Below are positions 14,845 to 23,314 of a stretch of 38,232 nucleotides of DNA, in pieces (positions within the stretch are counted from its first letter, which is position 1; each line of letters opens with the position of its first letter). Origin of the DNA: a virus (taxonomy: Duplodnaviria; Caudoviricetes). The position numbers and the translations under genes were made by a program. The stretch is from positions 1 to 38,232 of the IMG/VR virus record IMGVR_UViG_3300030376_005856; one strand, 5' to 3'. The notes beneath the pieces were generated by a model that worked only from the letters and a program-made list of their open reading frames with translations, was not told where the DNA came from and did not search any database.

Positions 14845-15555
14845 ATGGCGAAACGAGGGATTAGAGCAAGAAGCTACGAAGATTTAAGTGCTGCAAACAT
14901 CAAAAGGGTGCTTGCAGCTTTAGAAGAAGGGGTTACAAAGAAAGTAGCCTGTGAGATGTTAAGAATTAGTTATAATACTACAAGACTAAATAACATTTTA
15001 GAAGAGTATCATGCCGAACAAGAAAGGATAGCAACTAGAAAAGCTATGAACAAAGGCAAGCCAGCCGCAGAGCATGAGATCAAACAAGCAGTGACAGATT
15101 ATATCGAAGGCGATAGCATCACAGACATTGCAAGAACCTTATACAGGTCACCAGCATTTGTCAAAGGTATTATTGACAGAATTGGAGTACCTAGACGACC
15201 TGTAGGAGAAGAAAAAGCATCAGAAGTATTACTACCTGATGTATGTATAAAGGAGGAGTTCCAAGAAGGTGAAATAGCTTGGAACTCTCAATATCATATG
15301 CCATGTATTGTAGGGCAAGAGTGGACAGTTGAATATCAGGATTCTATGCCTGGAATTAAAACTCGAGACTATGAAGCACAGTATGGAGCAAAACTCTATG
15401 CCGTGTACAACTACAATTTATATCATTATGATGAATCAATCAAGACTTTAGGTTGGTGGTCTGGCAGAAAGAAACTCGGTTTCAATAGCCACTCACTTGC
15501 ATATCGTCTAGGAAGTCTCGAGCACTTAAAGGAATATGGAGTAACGTTCGAGTGA
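14845..15555 (+). CDS. D2: T5 D2-like protein
   Basis: TKK.ACEML, Y..GDS...IA...YRS...VK motifs; T5 synteny. Confidence 0.8.
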   Translation: MAKRGIRARSYEDLSAANIKRVLAALEEGVTKKVACEMLRISYNTTRLNNILEEYHAEQERIATRKAMNKGKPAAEHEIKQAVTDYIEGDSITDIARTLYRSPAFVKGIIDRIGVPRRPVGEEKASEVLLPDVCIKEEFQEGEIAWNSQYHMPCIVGQEWTVEYQDSMPGIKTRDYEAQYGAKLYAVYNYNLYHYDESIKTLGWWSGRKKLGFNSHSLAYRLGSLEHLKEYGVTFE

Positions 15556-15570
15556 TGAAAAGGAGAATAG

Positions 15571-15825
15571 ATGGAATTTTTGTATTTCTATTTATTATTT
15601 GCTTTTTCAGGAGCTTTTACAACAATGATAACAGTCTGGTATCCTGCCTTTGAGGCAGCCAGACTGATTGACCCGAACAACATTGTTTGCAGGAAACGAG
15701 GACTCTACTTGTTTCTGTGCTTTGGGTTTTCACTTGTATTTGCACCTGCATTACTTATAATAATATTAAACACGGAGGAGTTTACAAAAGCATTTGTACT
15801 CTCCATACTAGGAAGAAACGAATGA
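15571..15825 (+). CDS. membrane protein
   Basis: AGGAG SD; two TM segments. Confidence 0.7.
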   Translation: MEFLYFYLLFAFSGAFTTMITVWYPAFEAARLIDPNNIVCRKRGLYLFLCFGFSLVFAPALLIIILNTEEFTKAFVLSILGRNE

Positions 15826-16019
15826 AAGATAGATTAAAAGCCGCACTTGAGAAAAAGTACGAAGGTGAAATAGCAGCCGCAAATGCTAACATAGAAATAT
15901 ACTTAAAGTACCCCGTAGGTATAGGAGAACACTCAGATGTAGTAGCTGCGATCGACGAACAAGTTGGGATCGCCGCTACAGCAGAAGAGAAGTTAAAATA
16001 TATTAATGGAGTCAAATAG
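15822..16019 (+). CDS. conserved phage hypothetical protein
   Basis: PVGIGEHSD motif; ATGA coupling. Confidence 0.7.
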   Translation: MKDRLKAALEKKYEGEIAAANANIEIYLKYPVGIGEHSDVVAAIDEQVGIAATAEEKLKYINGVK

Positions 16020-16045
16020 GAACCTGACCAGAAGAAAAATACTTC

Positions 16046-16074
16046 TTGACATTTGGTTCATAATTTAGTATAAT
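16046..16074 (+). promoter_or_regulatory. consensus sigma70 promoter
   Basis: TTGACA-17-TATAAT-7-ATG. Confidence 0.85.
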
Positions 16075-16081
16075 AAAAAAT

Positions 16082-16252
16082 ATGAATGAAGATACTGACA
16101 ATAAGTATGGCACTCCAAAGAATGAGTACGAACGGGAAATCCGCGAACTCAATCGTAAGCTGTACGGTCTGTATCAGAAAGTAGAACAACTAATGAAGGA
16201 GAATTATGAACTGTCCAAATTGCAACAGTCTCAACATAAATCAGAGAGCTGA
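16082..16252 (+). CDS. 56-aa coiled-coil protein (not in ORF track)
   Basis: ATG at the predicted +1; heptad leucines. Confidence 0.55.
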   Translation: MNEDTDNKYGTPKNEYEREIRELNRKLYGLYQKVEQLMKENYELSKLQQSQHKSES

Positions 16253-16379
16253 TATCGTACAGTACGATGTCAACGATAGACCTGTAGCTATAGTCGTACC
16301 TGTTATGACTTGCAAAGATTGTGCAGAGAAGTGGACAGACGATAGGGCAGAAGATGCACTATGGAGAGCATCGCACTAA
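16206..16379 (+). CDS. 57-aa YgiT/MqsA-type zinc-ribbon protein (not in ORF track)
   Basis: MNCPNC...VPVMTCKDCAE; AAGGAG SD. Confidence 0.7.
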   Translation: MNCPNCNSLNINQRADIVQYDVNDRPVAIVVPVMTCKDCAEKWTDDRAEDALWRASH

Positions 16380-16386
16380 TTATTTC

Positions 16387-16415
16387 TTGACTTTATTAGA
16401 ACTATCTTCTATAAT
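16387..16415 (+). promoter_or_regulatory. sigma70 promoter
   Basis: TTGACT-17-TATAAT-6-ATG. Confidence 0.85.
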
Positions 16416-16421
16416 ATAAAT

Positions 16422-16859
16422 ATGGGAGACAGATTTTATCAACAACAACTCGAGGCGACAGGTTCATACCCTGGCTTTCGAGGTACAAAACGGAGACGAA
16501 GAATGGCTTGGACAGACGAATCAAAAGAACAAGCGGTTAAAATGTATACAGAGGCAGAACCTACTCCAGAAACGAGTATGGAAATTGTCAAAGATATAGC
16601 TGAAGAATTAGGCGAGAGCCCAAATGGAGTCAGAATGATATTGACAAGGGCAGGCGTATATGTTAAAAAGAATCCTTCAGCAGGTGGTTCATCAGGCGGC
16701 AGTACTGGTGGTGGTAGAGTAAGTAAAGATGCTATGCATCAAGAACTTGCTGGTGCTATCACAGACGCAGGTCAAGAACCCGACATGGATATTATATCAA
16801 AGCTTTCTGGTAAAGCTGCACAGTATCTAGCTGGAGTTATAAACGCAGTAAACGGTTAA
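16422..16859 (+). CDS. D3: T5 D3-like DNA-binding protein (SD-led start probably 16503)
   Basis: SMEIV..IA...G..PNG.RM.L..AG.Y.KK and KL.GKAA motifs as in T5 D3. Confidence 0.85.
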   Translation: MGDRFYQQQLEATGSYPGFRGTKRRRRMAWTDESKEQAVKMYTEAEPTPETSMEIVKDIAEELGESPNGVRMILTRAGVYVKKNPSAGGSSGGSTGGGRVSKDAMHQELAGAITDAGQEPDMDIISKLSGKAAQYLAGVINAVNG

Positions 16860-16870
16860 CCCACCTGAGG

Positions 16871-16906
16871 TGCTAGGAGTATTGACAAGGTGCTCCTAGC
16901 ATTTTT
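16871..16906 (+). terminator. Rho-independent terminator
   Basis: TGCTAGGAG...CTCCTAGCA followed by TTTTT. Confidence 0.75.
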
Positions 16907-16983
16907 ACATTCAAAATTTTTAGCATATTTCTTGGATATACTCGGTAGCGTGGTTTCTTATAATCAAAACAAAGGAATCACTC

Positions 16984-17253
16984 GTGAAAAGAGACGAATT
17001 TATAAAAAAGGTGACCGACTGTGGTGATGCAATCATTACTTATAGAAGCACCAATTCTCGCAAGTTAAAGTACAATGTCTGTACTTTAGATTTTACAACC
17101 CCCTACATACAGCAAAAGCGTAATAGAGCCCGCCCGACAAAAGACACAGTTCTTTTATGGTGCTGGGACACAGATTCTTATCGCTTGCTGAGACCTGCCA
17201 ATGTGACGAATATTACCCCTTTATCAAGTATATTGAGGAATACACGATGGTAG
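16984..17253 (+). CDS. conserved T5-like hypothetical protein (SH3/Sm-like fold suspected)
   Basis: position after D3; TLDF..YI, W.WDTDSYR. Confidence 0.7.
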   Translation: MKRDEFIKKVTDCGDAIITYRSTNSRKLKYNVCTLDFTTPYIQQKRNRARPTKDTVLLWCWDTDSYRLLRPANVTNITPLSSILRNTRW

Positions 17254-17549
17254 ATTTATTTCAGGAACCAGAATTTTATTCTCGTATTATTCACGAGAGC
17301 GAAGACGGCTACGAGCAGATACGTCTAGTAGTTAATACATTCTATGGAAAGGAGTATTTACACTTCAGAAAATATTATTTAGATTTTGAAGGTGAGTGGC
17401 AAGCAACGAAACAAGGAGTTTCAATGCCACTTGATTTATCCAATTCAAGGGAAATGTTCGCTGGTTTAGTAGAACTATTATCCCTAACAGAGAATAAAGC
17501 AGAGGTATACGAATACTTCAAGGACGTGATCGAAGACTCATATTCTTGA
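17247..17549 (+). CDS. PC4/p15-like ssDNA-binding protein
   Basis: F.GKEYL..RKYY....EW..TK.G.S motif; GAGG SD. Confidence 0.8.
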   Translation: MVDLFQEPEFYSRIIHESEDGYEQIRLVVNTFYGKEYLHFRKYYLDFEGEWQATKQGVSMPLDLSNSREMFAGLVELLSLTENKAEVYEYFKDVIEDSYS

Positions 17550-17569
17550 CGCCAAACCGCAAATACTTC

Positions 17570-17598
17570 TTGATTTATCAAGCTATTGCCTTCATAAT
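17570..17598 (+). promoter_or_regulatory. sigma70 promoter
   Basis: TTGATT-17-CATAAT-6-ATG. Confidence 0.65.
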
Positions 17599-17604
17599 AT
17601 ACAA

Positions 17605-17922
17605 ATGGCAATAATATACGGAAACATGAGATACAGTTTTAACGGCAAGAAACGTAAGCCACTTCCACGCAAGTCGAGGAAGGCTGCACGTAGTTCGCAA
17701 ACGAAAGCAAAGATCCCTTTGCATGCACGACTTCGCATGGAGGAAATGAACGCACATACCGAGAAGTATCCTTCTTGGAATGGGGACAAACTATCGCCTT
17801 GTGTACTTGAGGACGACTCTTATAAGGAGGAAGCCAAACGCAAGTATACAGTAGCAATACCTTACAACAAAGGTAGCTATCAGGTAGTACCTGTGGAAGA
17901 TTTGGAACATATCGGAAAATAA
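17605..17922 (+). CDS. basic conserved phage hypothetical protein
   Basis: C-terminal YTVA..YNKG.YQV motif. Confidence 0.7.
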   Translation: MAIIYGNMRYSFNGKKRKPLPRKSRKAARSSQTKAKIPLHARLRMEEMNAHTEKYPSWNGDKLSPCVLEDDSYKEEAKRKYTVAIPYNKGSYQVVPVEDLEHIGK

Positions 17923-17925
17923 TTC

Positions 17926-17954
17926 TTGACATGGCAACTGTATTTTGATATAAT
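17926..17954 (+). promoter_or_regulatory. consensus sigma70 promoter
   Basis: TTGACA-17-TATAAT-6-ATG. Confidence 0.85.
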
Positions 17955-17960
17955 ATATAA

Positions 17961-18899
17961 ATGGAAAAATTAACGAAGTTACTAGATAAAGCAAGCGAAG
18001 GTTACTACGCAGGCGTACCAACATTATCAGACGAAGAGTTTGATAGACTAGCACAAATTGCTCAGTATGCCAAAGTTGGTTCCCCTAACGGCAGAACCCC
18101 ACACGCTTTTCCTATGTATTCACTTCAGAAAATTTTTAGAGGGGATAAAAGTCCCCTTCCACAGGGAGACGTAATAGTCACGCCTAAACTAGACGGATCA
18201 GCAGTATCATTACTGTATGTAGAGGGAGAGCTTTCACAAGTTCTTACTCGAGGAGATGGGAAGAAAGGTATAGACATTACAGAAAAGTTCCTTGCATGGA
18301 AAAACATCCCTAAAAAAGTAGAGGTATCCTCTAAACTTTTTCAAGTCACGGGGGAAGTAGTTGCTCCCAAATCCGTACCCAATTCGAGGAACTATGCTGC
18401 AGGTGCTTTAAACCTGAAAGATATTCCCGAGTTCCTCTCCCGAGACTTGTTTTTTGTAGCATATGGACTTGAACCAAGCCCTATGCGAACGTGGACAGAT
18501 GATATGGAATTACTAGAACGTCATGGTTTCAGTACTGTAATGGAGGAAGGCTTATCGCAATTTCCTCACGATGGTACAGTATGGAGACTTAATGACCATA
18601 AACAGTTCAAAGATTTAGGCTATACATCACACCACCCAAGAGGGGCGTTTGCATTAAAAGAACAAAAAGAAGGTGTTATCACAACTTTGCTAGATGTCAA
18701 ATGGCAAGTAGGAAAGTCAGGAGTGGTCTCACCAGTAGCTATTCTAGAACCTTGCGTTATAGGAGAGGCTACAGTCAGTAGAGCAACGCTACACAATAAG
18801 TCTTACATTGAAGCACTCGGACTTTACATAGGTTGTAAGGTAGAGGTTATCAGGTCAGGAGAAATAATTCCTAGAATTGTAGGACTTGCAGAAAAATAA
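17961..18899 (+). CDS. ligA: NAD-dependent DNA ligase subunit A (adenylation and OB domains)
   Basis: YY.G...SDEEFD, KLDG, TRGDG, RSGEIIP. Confidence 0.95.
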   Translation: MEKLTKLLDKASEGYYAGVPTLSDEEFDRLAQIAQYAKVGSPNGRTPHAFPMYSLQKIFRGDKSPLPQGDVIVTPKLDGSAVSLLYVEGELSQVLTRGDGKKGIDITEKFLAWKNIPKKVEVSSKLFQVTGEVVAPKSVPNSRNYAAGALNLKDIPEFLSRDLFFVAYGLEPSPMRTWTDDMELLERHGFSTVMEEGLSQFPHDGTVWRLNDHKQFKDLGYTSHHPRGAFALKEQKEGVITTLLDVKWQVGKSGVVSPVAILEPCVIGEATVSRATLHNKSYIEALGLYIGCKVEVIRSGEIIPRIVGLAEK

Positions 18900-18902
18900 A
18901 TC

Positions 18903-18931
18903 TTGACATTTGATGTCAGATTTAGTATAAT
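18903..18931 (+). promoter_or_regulatory. consensus sigma70 promoter between the ligase halves
   Basis: TTGACA-17-TATAAT. Confidence 0.8.
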
Positions 18932-18954
18932 ATAATAATTGATAAAAAGAGTAG

Positions 18955-19734
18955 ATGAAACAACAAGCAATAGAAATTCCTGATGTATGCCCTTCATGTG
19001 GCACATCACTAGAGTTGATAACCGATCAGCTTTATTGCAACAACCTAAGTTGCCCAGCAAAGAATTCAAAGATTGTCGAAGGTTTTGCTAAAACTCTTAG
19101 AATCAAAGGTCTTGGAACAAAGACCATAGAAAAACTTGATTTAGAGTATATAGAAGATATATACTTATTGACACCAAAGTTTATAGAGGAAAGGCTAGGT
19201 TCAGAGAAACTAGCAACGAAGTTAGTAAATGAAATCGAATTAAGTAAAAATGCTAACCTTCAAGAGTTACTACCAGCCTTTGCCATACCACTTTTTGGAT
19301 CTACAGCTTCTCAGAAGTTATGCAATACGATTAATCACATTGATGAGTTAACCGAGAAGAGATGTAGTGAAGCGGGGTTAGGTCCAAAAGTTACAACTAA
19401 CATCTGTAGTTGGTATGAAACAGCATACAAAAACAGATACAAAGACTTACCTTTCACATGGAAAGCAGATATTTTCGAAGGAGTACCAGTCGTAGATATA
19501 AACGAAGTAGTTTGTATCTCGGGACGCTTGACTTCATATAAAACGAAAGCAGACGCAAAGAAAGAATTAGAGAGATATGGATATCGAGTAAAAGATACTT
19601 TGACGAAAGATGTAACAATCCTAATCAATGAAAGTGGCGTAGCCTCGAGCAAAACAAAGTCAGCAGAATCAAAAGGAATAAGAATAGTAACAAATATAAA
19701 ACAGCTAATTGGAGAAAATAATGGCAGTACCTAA
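18955..19734 (+). CDS. ligB: NAD-dependent DNA ligase subunit B (Zn finger, HhH, BRCT)
   Basis: CPSC..C...C, IKGLG, C-terminal BRCT. Confidence 0.93.
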   Translation: MKQQAIEIPDVCPSCGTSLELITDQLYCNNLSCPAKNSKIVEGFAKTLRIKGLGTKTIEKLDLEYIEDIYLLTPKFIEERLGSEKLATKLVNEIELSKNANLQELLPAFAIPLFGSTASQKLCNTINHIDELTEKRCSEAGLGPKVTTNICSWYETAYKNRYKDLPFTWKADIFEGVPVVDINEVVCISGRLTSYKTKADAKKELERYGYRVKDTLTKDVTILINESGVASSKTKSAESKGIRIVTNIKQLIGENNGST

Positions 19735-20446
19735 GTGGACAGACGAAAGAACTCAAGAATTAACAGAGTTCGTGGGTGGAGAATCACCCGTATCTCAAGC
19801 GACAGTTGCAGAAGCAGCTGACCAGCTTGAAACATCTCCTAGATCTGTAAGTTCTAAGTTAAGAAAGATGGGATTCGAGGTTGAACTCGCATCTTCAGTT
19901 TCTACAAGAACTTTCAGCGAACAGGAGGAAGCAACTTTAGCAGCGTTTGTATCAGATAACTCTGGTTCATACACATATGCAGAGATTGCTAACGCCTTTG
20001 AAGGCGGAAAATATGGCGCTAAATCAATACAAGGAAAGATACTTTCCATGGAATTGACAGACCATGTTAAACCTACTGAGAAACCTGCTTCAGTCAGAAC
20101 TTATTCTGAGTCTGAAGAAGCTACCTTCTTAACAATGGTAGGTGACGGCGCGTTTGTTGAAGACATCGCTGATGCTCTTGGCAAGCCCGTTAATTCAATC
20201 AGAGGTAAAGCTCTTTCTTTCCTAAGAACAGGTGAGATAGATGCTATTCCTTCGCAAAGAGAAAGTACAGCTGCTTCTAAAGTAGATGCACTTACTGCGC
20301 TAGGGGATATCTCTGAGCACACAGTTGATCAGATTGCTGATGAAATCGGCAAAACTGTCAGAGGTGTGAAAACTATGCTAACCAGAAGAGGTCTTGCTTG
20401 TGCAGACTATGATGGTGCAGCAAGAAAAGAAAAAGCGTCCAGCTAA
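19721..20446 (+). CDS. D5: T5 D5-like DNA-binding transcription regulator
   Basis: repeated HTH units RSVSSKLRK/KSIQGKI/NSIRGKA/RGVKTML; GGAG SD; T5 synteny. Confidence 0.88.
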   Translation: MAVPKWTDERTQELTEFVGGESPVSQATVAEAADQLETSPRSVSSKLRKMGFEVELASSVSTRTFSEQEEATLAAFVSDNSGSYTYAEIANAFEGGKYGAKSIQGKILSMELTDHVKPTEKPASVRTYSESEEATFLTMVGDGAFVEDIADALGKPVNSIRGKALSFLRTGEIDAIPSQRESTAASKVDALTALGDISEHTVDQIADEIGKTVRGVKTMLTRRGLACADYDGAARKEKASS

Positions 20447-20463
20447 ACTTTTCAATCCTAGAG

Positions 20464-20497
20464 GCGTGGTTAAGGTAACTTGACCACGCTTTCTTTT
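20464..20497 (+). terminator. Rho-independent terminator
   Basis: GCGTGGTTAAG-GTAA-CTTGACCACGC followed by a T-rich tail. Confidence 0.75.
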
Positions 20498-20518
20498 GCA
20501 CATAAATTTGGGAGAATA

Positions 20519-21874
20519 ATGAATATAAGTTCAGCACTTATTAATAAGATAATTGTCGAACAGGACATGGAGACCTGGGGCTCTCTTGAATCTCATTATT
20601 TACCCACAGAATACCAACCAATCTTTCGAGCCGTTGAAACACACTTCTCGACTTTCAAATCTCTACCCACATTTGACGACTTAAAACTAAGTCTGAGAGA
20701 CCAGTCTATCAAAGAAAAAATCTTTGCAATAGAAACTCTTGATGTGGATTCAGAGGCACCTCACCTACTAGAATACCTAAAAAACGAATATACGCATGGC
20801 GAAATCTTAAATAAATTAGATAAGTATGTGGATAATTCTGTTGCTATGTCTAGCGCAGAAGAACATATTCTTGCTTTAGAAGATATATCAGTAGATATGC
20901 GAAATAAAGTTGAGATAGAGGACTCGGAAGAAATCAATATGCAGAAAATCAATCCATTAGAAACTGAAGAACAGTTGAAAAACTACATACCACTCGGACT
21001 AAATACAGAGTATGATTCTAAAAATCATTTTGCGAAAACTGACTTAGTTCTGATTGGCGGACGTAGAGGTAGTGGTAAGTCTCTTGTATGTGCAAACATC
21101 GCAGTAAATCAGTATGATGCTGGTAAGAGTAGTCTTTTCTTTACAATAGAAATGACAAAAGACCAAACGTTCAGAAGAATGGCGTCTATCGCTACAGGTA
21201 TACCTCTCGAGAGACTGAGGAATCGTATGCTAACTCAACAAGAGTTTAAAAGACTTGCGGAATGGAACGCAAGTAGATACGAGGGTAGTACAAATATTCT
21301 GAATGATTTTTATACGCATGGAGACTATGATAAGTTCCAAGAAACTTTGATTAAACTTCCATTGAGATTAGATAGACAAATGGATATAGTCTATGATCCA
21401 GCCCTTACTTTAGCTAAAATTAAAGCTGAAGTAGAAGTCCGAATGAACTACTTAGATATAGGAGTAGTAATTGTAGACTATATTAACCAAGTAAAACGAT
21501 CCACGCTTCCAAGTAAGGGCGGACAGTATGATTGGACAGAGCAGATAGAAGTCAGTAAGACTTTGAAGCAGTACGCACAAGAACATAAGTGCTTGTATGT
21601 AAGTCCATATCAAGTTGATGCCACAGGAGAGGCACGATTTGCAAAAGGTATCTTAGATGCCGCAGACGCAGCTTACTCTCTTGAGACTTGGGAGCCTGGT
21701 GATAACTGTATGACTTTTGAGTGTAAAAAGATGAGGAACGGACCTATCGAAGACTTTAGTTCTCAGATTGCCTGGGACACATTAAAGATTGGTCCTCAGT
21801 CTACAATGACACCAAAAGAAAAAGATGCAATGAAAAAGGAAATGTCTTCAGGAGAAGATGTACAGGAGTTATAA
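20519..21874 (+). CDS. D6: DnaB-like replicative helicase (T5 D6)
   Basis: GGRRGSGKS Walker A, FTIEM, VDYINQ; GGAG SD. Confidence 0.92.
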   Translation: MNISSALINKIIVEQDMETWGSLESHYLPTEYQPIFRAVETHFSTFKSLPTFDDLKLSLRDQSIKEKIFAIETLDVDSEAPHLLEYLKNEYTHGEILNKLDKYVDNSVAMSSAEEHILALEDISVDMRNKVEIEDSEEINMQKINPLETEEQLKNYIPLGLNTEYDSKNHFAKTDLVLIGGRRGSGKSLVCANIAVNQYDAGKSSLFFTIEMTKDQTFRRMASIATGIPLERLRNRMLTQQEFKRLAEWNASRYEGSTNILNDFYTHGDYDKFQETLIKLPLRLDRQMDIVYDPALTLAKIKAEVEVRMNYLDIGVVIVDYINQVKRSTLPSKGGQYDWTEQIEVSKTLKQYAQEHKCLYVSPYQVDATGEARFAKGILDAADAAYSLETWEPGDNCMTFECKKMRNGPIEDFSSQIAWDTLKIGPQSTMTPKEKDAMKKEMSSGEDVQEL

Positions 21875-22395
21875 TGGCAAGTGATAGAATAGGAAAAAGG
21901 TCAGCAAAGTTAGTAGCACTACCTCCACATGAGTGGAGAACCTATAGTGCCTCTACGATACTTGAAAAAGATATAGTTGCTGAAAACATAGAAAACATAC
22001 CTGTAAATGAACCACTTATGGAAAGTTTACTTGCAGAAGGTATGCATAACCCAATACTGTGCCTGAGCACTTACTGGATGATTGCAGGTGGACAGCGCAT
22101 GAGAGCTATCCACGAAATAAGAAAACAAGATAAGGACTTTGATATTCATGATATGCAAGTCATGAGATTTACAGAACCTTATCACAACTTGTATTACCTA
22201 TGGGGCGATATCGAAGAAAGAGACCGTATCATAGCTATTACATTTCAATTATGGGAGCTTGTATTTAAAAGTTTGTATTATGGTGCTGGCACAACGGAAA
22301 CGGGGGTCGACATGACATATTACGAAGATTTAGGAGAAGAGCTAAAATGGAAACTGAACGAAGAGAAGTCGAAACAGAAGTCGACAGAGGACTGA
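21874..22395 (+). CDS. ParB/sulfiredoxin-like N-terminal domain protein
   Basis: SL..EG..NPI and IAGGQR.RA patterns. Confidence 0.55.
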   Translation: MASDRIGKRSAKLVALPPHEWRTYSASTILEKDIVAENIENIPVNEPLMESLLAEGMHNPILCLSTYWMIAGGQRMRAIHEIRKQDKDFDIHDMQVMRFTEPYHNLYYLWGDIEERDRIIAITFQLWELVFKSLYYGAGTTETGVDMTYYEDLGEELKWKLNEEKSKQKSTED

Positions 22396-22481
22396 TAGCG
22401 TTTTTGGAAACAATTACTGCATGGATTATAGTTGTAGTATTATTCTTTCCAATAGCTAGAATAGTATATGAAGCAATATGA
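22347..22481 (+). CDS. 44-aa membrane peptide (not in ORF track)
   Basis: AGGAG upstream; single TM; ATGA coupling with primase. Confidence 0.45.
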   Translation: METERREVETEVDRGLIAFLETITAWIIVVVLFFPIARIVYEAI

Positions 22482-23314
22482 ACGTAGACGAAATATTACA
22501 TAAACATAAAATAGTATATCGCAATCAAGGTGCGGACTATGTTGTGTCATGTCTGAATCCAGAACATGATGATAGTAACCCGTCTATGCGTATTGATAAA
22601 ATTACAGGAATCTTCAACTGTTTCGCCTGTGGTTTCAAAGGAAATATCTTTAAATACTTTGATGCCCCAGTTAGTCACCTTGAGATTAAAAGAAATAACA
22701 TAAAGAAAAAGATAGAAGAAGTAAGGGCACAGAACATAGGGCTGCTTACACCCACAGATGCGCTACCATATATTGGTAACTTTAGAGGGTTGAAGCCTAA
22801 GACTTATGCTGACTTTGGAGCATTTACGCACCATGACTCACACTTTATTGGTAGAGTTGTATTTCCAATTACGGATATTACAGGTGCTACAAGAGCCTTT
22901 ATAGGCAGACATCAAGATAGAACAGTAGTACCAAAGTACTTAATCTATCCTCCAAAGTCTAAGTTGCCCTTATTTCCTTTTAATGCAAAGCCTATCATGG
23001 GCAGAGTAATATTGGTGGAAGGAATTTTTGATGCGTTAAACCTTCACGATAAAGGTTTAACAAATGCAATGTGTTGCTTCGGCACACAAAATATCGATAC
23101 ATACAAGTTAAGTATGTTAAAATTTATAGGTGTCCGACAAGTAGATATTCTATTTGATGGAGACACCGCAGGGAGAGAGGCTGCAGAAAAAGTTGCAGAC
23201 TTATGTGAACAAGTAGAGCTTTTGGCTAATATAGAAAAGATGCCTGATGGATTAGACCCAGGTGAGCTGCCAAAAGATAGAGTAAGAAAATTAAGAGAGT
23301 ATTTATATGACTAA
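22478..23314 (+). CDS. DNA primase (CHC2 Zn finger and TOPRIM)
   Basis: C..H...C..C, VEGIFD, FDGD.AG. Confidence 0.93.
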   Translation: MNVDEILHKHKIVYRNQGADYVVSCLNPEHDDSNPSMRIDKITGIFNCFACGFKGNIFKYFDAPVSHLEIKRNNIKKKIEEVRAQNIGLLTPTDALPYIGNFRGLKPKTYADFGAFTHHDSHFIGRVVFPITDITGATRAFIGRHQDRTVVPKYLIYPPKSKLPLFPFNAKPIMGRVILVEGIFDALNLHDKGLTNAMCCFGTQNIDTYKLSMLKFIGVRQVDILFDGDTAGREAAEKVADLCEQVELLANIEKMPDGLDPGELPKDRVRKLREYLYD

